This document shows positions 57,814 through 64,000 of a stretch of 64,000 nt of DNA, piece after piece. Below the pieces are notes generated by a model. It made no database searches. It had not been told where the DNA came from and saw only the letters and a program-made list of their open reading frames with translations. This stretch comes from Candidatus Latescibacterota bacterium (lineage in GTDB: Bacteria > Latescibacterota > UBA2968 > UBA8231). Every line of letters begins with the position of its first letter. The first letter of the stretch is position 1. The stretch spans positions 32,001 through 96,000 of the forward strand of contig CBDAOB010000003.1 in NCBI GenBank assembly GCA_965197905.1, read 5' to 3'. A program made the position numbers and the translations under genes.

Positions 57814-59037
57814 CTATTTCTTCTGACTGATCAGGTCCAGCATCATCTCAACGGCCCTGGCCGCGAACTCGGGGTCGTTGATGTTGTGATCCACCTCTTC
57901 GACTGCGATTCCATCCTTCAGGTTGGCTTTGATCGTATCGAAGATCACCTGGTCCACATCGCGGTCGCAGAACCGCTCCCCCTCCCCATCGAGAATCGAC
58001 ACTCCCTTGAGGGGAAAGAGGAAAGCCACCGGTCCCTTGGCCGCGTTCGCTTTCCCCGCGAACGCCTTTCCCATCTTCTCGTTCTCCTCTGTATTCGTCC
58101 GCATCAGTGTGACCGACGGATTCCACTCGTAGAAGTTTCTCTTCGCATCGACGTACTCCCTGGGAACCGTCTCCATCCCGCCGAAGTTGGCCATGTCGAC
58201 GCAGCCCGGCACTATCAAATGTGGCAATCCCATCTGTCCGGCAGCGTCCAATCGTTCGGGGCCGGCGTCGAACACTCCGCCGCAGACAGTGTCGGCCCAT
58301 TCAGTGGTGGTTATGTCCAACACCGCGTCTACCAGTCCCTCCCGCACCAGGCTCTCCATGGCTTTGCCGCCGGTCCCGGTTGCGTGAAAAACCAACACCT
58401 CGTATCCCTTCGTCGAAAGCTGCTCCATACAGTCGTTCACACAGTCGGTGGTATTGCCGAACATGGAGGCGGTGATGACTGGCTTGTCATCCGTGCTTTC
58501 CGGAACCTCTGCGTCCACCATGCCGCATACGGCACCGGCTGCGCGCGCAAAAATAATTCGCGAGACACGGTTGATGCCGGCCACGTCGACGATGGAGGGA
58601 ATCATGGTGATGTCCTTGGTACCCACGTAGACCGCCACGTCCCCGGAAGCTGCCGTGGAAACACAGACCTTCGGCATACCGACGGGGAGTGTGCGCATTG
58701 CTGAACTGACCACGGTTGTGCCTCCCGTCCCCCCCATGCCGAGGATGCCGTTGATTTTTCCTTCCTCTTGCAATGATTTGACAATGACCGGGGCACCGTC
58801 GCACATGATCTTCATCGCCTCGCCGCGATCCTTGTTTTCGCGCAGCTGATCGAGCTTGCCGCCGCCCGCCTCAGCCAGCTGGTCGGCTTCCACATCCACC
58901 GGGAAGAGAGTGGTCGAACCCAAAACGCCGGTGTTCACCGTAAGTACCTCTTTCCCTCGGGCGAGTATCTGCTGCCGCACGAAAGCGTATTCCGGTCCTT
59001 TGGTATCGAAGGCTCCAATCAAACAGATCTTCTTCAT
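57814..59037 (-). CDS. Tm-1-like ATP-binding domain protein (UPF0261)
   Basis: GAFDTKGPE, DRGEAM, GGTGGT, LPVGMPK, DVAGIN, SMFGNTT, FHATGTGG, DMANFG, TLMRT, INDPEFA. Confidence 0.94.
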   Translation of the reverse strand: MKKICLIGAFDTKGPEYAFVRQQILARGKEVLTVNTGVLGSTTLFPVDVEADQLAEAGGGKLDQLRENKDRGEAMKIMCDGAPVIVKSLQEEGKINGILGMGGTGGTTVVSSAMRTLPVGMPKVCVSTAASGDVAVYVGTKDITMIPSIVDVAGINRVSRIIFARAAGAVCGMVDAEVPESTDDKPVITASMFGNTTDCVNDCMEQLSTKGYEVLVFHATGTGGKAMESLVREGLVDAVLDITTTEWADTVCGGVFDAGPERLDAAGQMGLPHLIVPGCVDMANFGGMETVPREYVDAKRNFYEWNPSVTLMRTNTEENEKMGKAFAGKANAAKGPVAFLFPLKGVSILDGEGERFCDRDVDQVIFDTIKANLKDGIAVEEVDHNINDPEFAARAVEMMLDLISQKK

Positions 59038-59161
59038 TATCTAACCTTCCTCTACCTTTCTGATTCTAGATGACGCAAGTTAGCGTCCGGTTTTACCTTC
59101 GCCAACCCCCCAACTCCAGATTCCTGGCGGACGGCGCCCACGCCACTCGAGACGGGACGTT

Positions 59162-61018
59162 TCAACCGGTGGCCTCATCCTCTGTTTTCCTCGTCCTGTT
59201 CCGCATATCGAGATAACCTTCGAGCATGGTCAGAGCGATCGACTCGGCATAGGAATAGATGCGGCGCAGGTAGTCTACGAGGTCGAGATGAATCTCGCTG
59301 CTTTCTAGCGATTCCTGCCGTTCGGCGCTCAGTCGTTGGTAATGGGTTATGCGATAGGTTCGGTGCTGAATAACCAGTTCCGGTTTTGCGCGCACAACTT
59401 CCCGTGCACGATTTCCGTCGTTTTCTTCGAACGCTGTCATGGCCGTGTCGTAAGCGGACAGCACGTTCTGGTGAAGTGTTAGGAGCTCGTCCCTGCCCTC
59501 TTCCGAAAAACCGATATTGCCTTGGGCCTTCTTCTGCAACAGAGGGCTCAGGTCCTTCTTGATCAGATCGCCGATATGCTTCAGATCGGTCGAGACATCC
59601 ATTAGCTGAGTAGCGAACTCCGACTGTTGCTGGTTGAGATTTCTGCGGGAGATCTGAATGAGGTAGTCGTTTATCTGGGCGCTGATGTGAACGACCTCAG
59701 CTTCCCGTTCAGACACCCTGGCATGCAACGAGAGGTCGTTCTGTACGAAGCAGGTCATGATATTTTCGATCATTTCGCGCACCAATCGCCCCACGCGGAG
59801 GATTTCTCCCCGGGTCTGTTCGAGAGCGATCGAGGGCACCGTCAGGAGATCGGGATCCAGGTGAACAGCGGTCCACTCCAGTGGGGCGCCCGATTCCACA
59901 ATCCGTGGTGCGACTTGATCGGGAACCAGCTTTTCGACCAGACGTGCGAATTGTGCGCCGAACGGCAACAGCAGCAAGGTGTTGGCGATGTTGAATATGG
60001 TGTGGGCGTTGGCGATCTGACGGGGCGTCTCGGCTGCGAGTTTCTCAGTCCCGGAAAGCCCGGCAGTCTCTGGCGACACGTTCAAAACGAGGGCCGCTAG
60101 ATGGTCGATAAACCAGACCCATATCAGGACTCCCGCAACATTGAAGAGGACGTGGATAAGGCTGGCTCGCAGTGCCTCCCGCGGCTTGCCTATGGATGCG
60201 AGCATAGCGGTAACGCAGGTACCGATGTTGGCCCCGAAAATAAGAGCGATTCCCGCCTCCAGAGAAATCAGCCCTTGGCCAGCCATGGCAATCACCACGC
60301 CGGTGGTGGCCGAGGACGACTGAACGAGGCCGGTAAATGCCGCGGCCACTAGAATACCTAAGGCCGGGGTCTCCATGCGCACCATCAAATCCAGGAACGG
60401 ACCGTAGGTGCGCAGCGGTTTCATGGCACTGCTCATCAGACTCATACCGAAGAACACCAGGCCCAATCCCATAAGCATGGCCCCGTATTGGCGCACGGTG
60501 TCTTTGCGGGAGATGAAGAGCATGGCGAAACCGACGGCGATCATCAGCAGAGCCACCTTGGTCACTTTGAAGGCGATTATTTGCGCTGTCAGGGTCGTGC
60601 CGATATTGGCTCCGAATATGATTCCAACCGCCTGAGAGACCGAGAGGATGCCAGCCGTAATGAATCCGACAGTCAAGACCGTGGTGACCGAGGAAGATTG
60701 AATAATCGCGGTTACTATAGCACCGGTGATCGCCCCCATAAAGCGGTTGGTAGTGAGGCGGGCTAGGATATCCTTGAGCCGGTCTGCAGCCAGCGCCTTG
60801 AGGGCGTCTGACATCTGCTCCATGCCGAAGAGGAACAGGGCCAGTCCACCCAGAAGTCCCATACCCATGGTCCAAAGATCGAGATCGGTGGACCCACCCA
60901 ACGAGGAATTCGTGGAACCGCTCGCCGCAAAGACCTTGGCTACGAGCATCAGCACTGCCACCAACGATAAGGCTAGGGCCATTCTGGCCCCTCCGAAAAA
61001 TCTGGTCATAATCCTCAT
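59162..61018 (-). CDS. Na+/Pi cotransporter family protein with PhoU-like C-terminal domains
   Basis: GGLALFLFGM, two QSSS repeats, GANIGT twice, ANAHTIFN; helical PhoU-like tail. Confidence 0.93.
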   Translation of the reverse strand: MRIMTRFFGGARMALALSLVAVLMLVAKVFAASGSTNSSLGGSTDLDLWTMGMGLLGGLALFLFGMEQMSDALKALAADRLKDILARLTTNRFMGAITGAIVTAIIQSSSVTTVLTVGFITAGILSVSQAVGIIFGANIGTTLTAQIIAFKVTKVALLMIAVGFAMLFISRKDTVRQYGAMLMGLGLVFFGMSLMSSAMKPLRTYGPFLDLMVRMETPALGILVAAAFTGLVQSSSATTGVVIAMAGQGLISLEAGIALIFGANIGTCVTAMLASIGKPREALRASLIHVLFNVAGVLIWVWFIDHLAALVLNVSPETAGLSGTEKLAAETPRQIANAHTIFNIANTLLLLPFGAQFARLVEKLVPDQVAPRIVESGAPLEWTAVHLDPDLLTVPSIALEQTRGEILRVGRLVREMIENIMTCFVQNDLSLHARVSEREAEVVHISAQINDYLIQISRRNLNQQQSEFATQLMDVSTDLKHIGDLIKKDLSPLLQKKAQGNIGFSEEGRDELLTLHQNVLSAYDTAMTAFEENDGNRAREVVRAKPELVIQHRTYRITHYQRLSAERQESLESSEIHLDLVDYLRRIYSYAESIALTMLEGYLDMRNRTRKTEDEATG

Positions 61019-61032
61019 GCGATCATCTCACT

Positions 61033-61476
61033 TCAACGGTTGGTCGAGCTCCGAACTGCGAGCACCGGGCACTGGCAGGCGCGCAGAACCCGATCGGTCA
61101 CGCTCCCGATCATGAGTCGTTTCAGGCCACTGTGCCCCTGGGTTCCGAGCACGATCAAATCAACCTTCTCCTTTTCCGCAACGCGAACAATCTGCTCGGC
61201 AGGCAGGCCGGGCACGATATGGGCATCGAATTTCTCCCACTTCTTCAGGTGTTTTCCAACAAATTCGGACATCATGGAGGAAGCCGCCTCTTCCATATTT
61301 CGCAACACCTTGCGTCCTGCCTTTTTCGAAGCGTAAAATCCCGGAGCATCCGCGGGGTCGTGGAGTACGTGCAGCAAAAGCAGATGTGCATCGAAAGGCA
61401 ATGCCCACTTGAGAGCTTCCCGGAGGGCTTCAATCGATCCCGGCGAAAAATCGATAGCTACAAGCATCTTTTTCAT
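61033..61476 (-). CDS. Universal stress protein
   Basis: LVAIDFS, DLIVLGTQG, GSVTDRVLR, PVLAV. Confidence 0.95.
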   Translation of the reverse strand: MKKMLVAIDFSPGSIEALREALKWALPFDAHLLLLHVLHDPADAPGFYASKKAGRKVLRNMEEAASSMMSEFVGKHLKKWEKFDAHIVPGLPAEQIVRVAEKEKVDLIVLGTQGHSGLKRLMIGSVTDRVLRACQCPVLAVRSSTNR

Positions 61477-61721
61477 GTTGGGTACTCCGTAGAATGGGTT
61501 CCGTCTGATTTTAGTTTGATCTTGGGACGCTGAGGCCGAGGTGTGCCACTGCGGACGTCGACCTGGGCCTCAGAAGATGATCATTCCTTCCAGGTAATGA
61601 TAGCGCGGTATATCTTACCCAACCAAATAATCACCTGTTCTGACCGTGGTTTTTCCGATCACGGACGCCCGCTCTGATTCGCGGTTGGAGCTATGGACAT
61701 TCTAATGACGGAAACGGAACA

Positions 61722-62828
61722 ATGAAAACCTATGAAGATCTTGGAGTTACGACCTTCGTAAACGCAAGCGGTACCATAACGACTCTGGGCGGGAGCTTGA
61801 TGCGGCCGGAAGTGCTGGAGACAATGGCCGAAGCCGCGCGGTCCTACGTTGATCTCTTCGAGTTGAATCAGAAGGCGGGCGATTACCTGGCGCGGCGCAT
61901 CGGCGTAGATGCCGCCCACATCTCGTGTGGCGCTGCGAGCGGCATGCAACTGGTGGCGGCCGCTTGTCTCACCGGTTCCGATCCGGAGAAGGTCCGTCTC
62001 CTGCCTCACACAAGAGGCTGGCGCAACCAGTTCGTGATCAGCATGGTGGATTCTCATTTCTACATCCACCAGGGAATCGAGATGTGCGGGGGCAAGCTGG
62101 TGGGTGTGGGCAGCAGGACGCGCATCACCACCGAAGACATTCTGGGCGGCATTGGATCAAGAACAGCGGCTATTGTGCATTTCTTGGGCAAGCAGAGCCG
62201 GGTACAACTGGAAGAGGTGGTCGCCGGCGCCACCCAACACCAAGTTCCCGTGATCGTGGACGCGGCCGCGCAACTGCCTCCACGCTCGAACCTGGTAGAG
62301 ATATTGGAGATCGGAGTCGACGCCGTGGTCTTCAGCGGCGGCAAGGGGATGCGAGGTCCACAAACCACGGGACTCGTGCTCGGAAAAAAAGCGGTGGTCG
62401 ACGGGGTGCGCTTGAACGCCAGCCCGTACAGCGCCATCGGTCGGGGTATGAAGGTGGGCAAGGAAGAGATCATGGGTTTGGTACAGGCCGTAGACCTGTT
62501 TCTTGCCGGCAGCGATGCCGAAGACTGGGCTCGCTGGAAGCGGCAGGCGGACACTGTAGCTGCCGCGGTGGATGGGATCACAGGTCTAAACGCCCGCATG
62601 GTTGATCGAGGCCAACGCCTGTCCCCGGATGTTCCGCGATTACTCATCCAGAGTGGAGATAACCGCCGATTGGACGGAGCGATTCGCCACCTGCGTGGCG
62701 GTGAACCCTCTATCGTGGTCTATCGCGATGCGAACGGAATTGTGTTGGATTTCATGACCCTTCAGCCGGGCGAAGAAACTCTCCTCGCCGAAAAGCTCGT
62801 GCAGAGCCTCACGACTGAAGGAGCTTGA
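61722..62828 (+). CDS. SelA-like PLP-dependent enzyme (DgaE/D-glucosaminate-6-phosphate ammonia-lyase-like)
   Basis: NASGTITTLGGS, GAASG, VDAAA, FSGGK (PLP Lys), GRGMKVGKEEI. Confidence 0.88.
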   Translation: MKTYEDLGVTTFVNASGTITTLGGSLMRPEVLETMAEAARSYVDLFELNQKAGDYLARRIGVDAAHISCGAASGMQLVAAACLTGSDPEKVRLLPHTRGWRNQFVISMVDSHFYIHQGIEMCGGKLVGVGSRTRITTEDILGGIGSRTAAIVHFLGKQSRVQLEEVVAGATQHQVPVIVDAAAQLPPRSNLVEILEIGVDAVVFSGGKGMRGPQTTGLVLGKKAVVDGVRLNASPYSAIGRGMKVGKEEIMGLVQAVDLFLAGSDAEDWARWKRQADTVAAAVDGITGLNARMVDRGQRLSPDVPRLLIQSGDNRRLDGAIRHLRGGEPSIVVYRDANGIVLDFMTLQPGEETLLAEKLVQSLTTEGA

Positions 62829-62866
62829 TCGCGCTGCCGCAGGAAGACAGAAACCCGTTCCCACCC

Positions 62867-63670
62867 TTAAGACACGGTAACCTCTCCCACAGGTCGTGTT
62901 CCGGATTCATAGGTCGGACGCCAGCGGTCGAAAGCCAGGGATTCCTCCTCGTTCAGCCCGCAGAGCCAGTTCCACGTACGAATCCGCCGACGGGTATCCC
63001 GGTAGGATTCTATGGCACTTGTGTACGGACAAGCAGGGCGATCGACGTATTCGGGTATCTCCTCCGACTCGATCAACCAATCGCGCTCTGGTGGGGATTG
63101 GCGGTGAAAAGAAAACTTGATCATGCTGCGGCGGTTCGAACTGAGCTTCGGACCTGCCCTGTGCCAAATGCCGTAACGGGTTAGAACTACCGTGCCCGCT
63201 TTTACAACAAGCGGTAGCTGGCCGGCGAGATCGCCATAATGGGCGATGGCGTCGCGGTTCACGGCGCGGCAGTGGGAGCCGGGCAGGACTATGGTAGGTC
63301 CATCTTCGAGGTTTACGTCGAGAGGATAGTAATAACATTGAATCTCCCGGAATTCGTAACCGGAGCCGGAGACTCCATCTGAATGCCAGTGCTGTCCCAC
63401 AAACGGTTTTTCGAAGAGATGATGGTGCCCTCCGGTCGGCATCAGAAAATTCTTGCCGAGAAGCGACCGAACCACGCCGCCTACTTCCGATTGCAGCAAT
63501 ACCTCCCGGACAAATGCGAGCGAACCGACCAACTCTTTTGCCGGGCCGGCCTTTGCAGTACTGCACTCTCGATTAAAGGCGTCATCCACAACGGCATCGA
63601 GTACCACGTAGCCGTTCGCGACGAAGTCCATCACCTCATCATCGTTCATCGAGGGTTGTATATCAGCCAT
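62867..63670 (-). CDS. Phytanoyl-CoA dioxygenase (PhyH) family protein
   Basis: FVANGYVVL, SLLG, WHSD, YYP, GPTIVLPGSH, IWHR. Confidence 0.9.
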   Translation of the reverse strand: MADIQPSMNDDEVMDFVANGYVVLDAVVDDAFNRECSTAKAGPAKELVGSLAFVREVLLQSEVGGVVRSLLGKNFLMPTGGHHHLFEKPFVGQHWHSDGVSGSGYEFREIQCYYYPLDVNLEDGPTIVLPGSHCRAVNRDAIAHYGDLAGQLPLVVKAGTVVLTRYGIWHRAGPKLSSNRRSMIKFSFHRQSPPERDWLIESEEIPEYVDRPACPYTSAIESYRDTRRRIRTWNWLCGLNEEESLAFDRWRPTYESGTRPVGEVTVS

Positions 63671-63684
63671 AAGAAAGGGCCTCC

Positions 63685-63999
63685 CTACACCCATTTTTGC
63701 AGAATATAATCGAAGCCGACATAGTCATTACCGAGGTCTTTGTATTCATACATTTTGGAAACGGGAAATTGCACCACCTGCCAGCCGTCAGCCATCGCAT
63801 CGAGCACCGATCTGTAAGGGGGTTCGTCCGACGGTAACGTCGGTTCGTGATCTTTCGTGGGGTCATAGAAAACCCAACCAACGATCCCTGACCGCAGGTT
63901 GGTCGATCCCGCGGTCAAGTACAAAAGCAGTTGTCGGGGCGTCGTTACCAGGTCCTCCAACTGGTCAAGGTCTGACGTTGCCAGTGGTCCAGTCTCCAG
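63685..63999 (-). CDS. Small hypothetical protein (5' end outside window)
   Basis: Frame open to the window edge; RQLLLYL...PPYRSVLDAMADGWQVVQFP...YILQK; 14 bp before PhyH. Confidence 0.75.
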   Translation of the reverse strand: METGPLATSDLDQLEDLVTTPRQLLLYLTAGSTNLRSGIVGWVFYDPTKDHEPTLPSDEPPYRSVLDAMADGWQVVQFPVSKMYEYKDLGNDYVGFDYILQKWV

Positions 64000-64000
64000 C

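Noticed and set aside
61722..62828. True selenocysteine synthase SelA
   Set aside because: Shorter, lacks the SelA N-terminal domain, has the DgaE-like GRGMKVGKE motif, and no selB/selC nearby.
1..64000. CRISPR array, tRNA, rRNA, prophage or recognisable anti-phage system
   Set aside because: No regularly spaced repeats, RNA gene signatures, or phage/defence hallmark genes seen; the SNF2 gene is RapA, not a defence helicase.
1..64000. Many long antisense or alternate-frame ORFs (e.g. 12309-13517, 41377-42321, 934-1956)
   Set aside because: Shadows of well-supported genes, expected at high GC.

Overview
Gene-dense bacterial DNA (roughly 60% GC by eye) with about 55 genes, mostly catabolic: hydantoinase/oxoprolinase A+B, an enolase-superfamily/DHDPS-family pair, iolD, a CoA-transferase/enoyl-CoA hydratase/MaoC/SDR/isomerase cluster, Gfo/Idh/MocA, PhyH and TIM-barrel isomerase genes, a sialidase-like gene, GH172 and a GGT. 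It also holds RapA, a lone RND permease, two GT-C glycosyltransferases, an Rrf2 regulator, a REC-HDOD protein, a Tm-1-like/TIM-barrel pair and an internally deleted IS1380. The gene mix suggests an uncultured heterotroph such as Latescibacterota or Poribacteria (inference). I saw no rRNA, tRNA or CRISPR array. The best candidate for an undescribed system is the operon phnA + zinc alcohol dehydrogenase + non-PhnY aldehyde dehydrogenase (+ MBL hydrolase + amidohydrolase) with no phnW/phnX, which fits oxidative 2-hydroxyethylphosphonate catabolism. A second theme is several collapsed gene relics in apparent spacers (iolE, a GH4 alpha-galactosidase, a PhyH, a CBS/TPR chimera, the IS transposase), where internal deletions join distant parts of genes. 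A small Cys-rich membrane ORF missing from the ORF track lies divergent from Rrf2 across a palindromic operator. Several single-base frameshifts fall in short homopolymers and are probably sequencing errors. All family calls come from motif recognition by eye; no database search was run.
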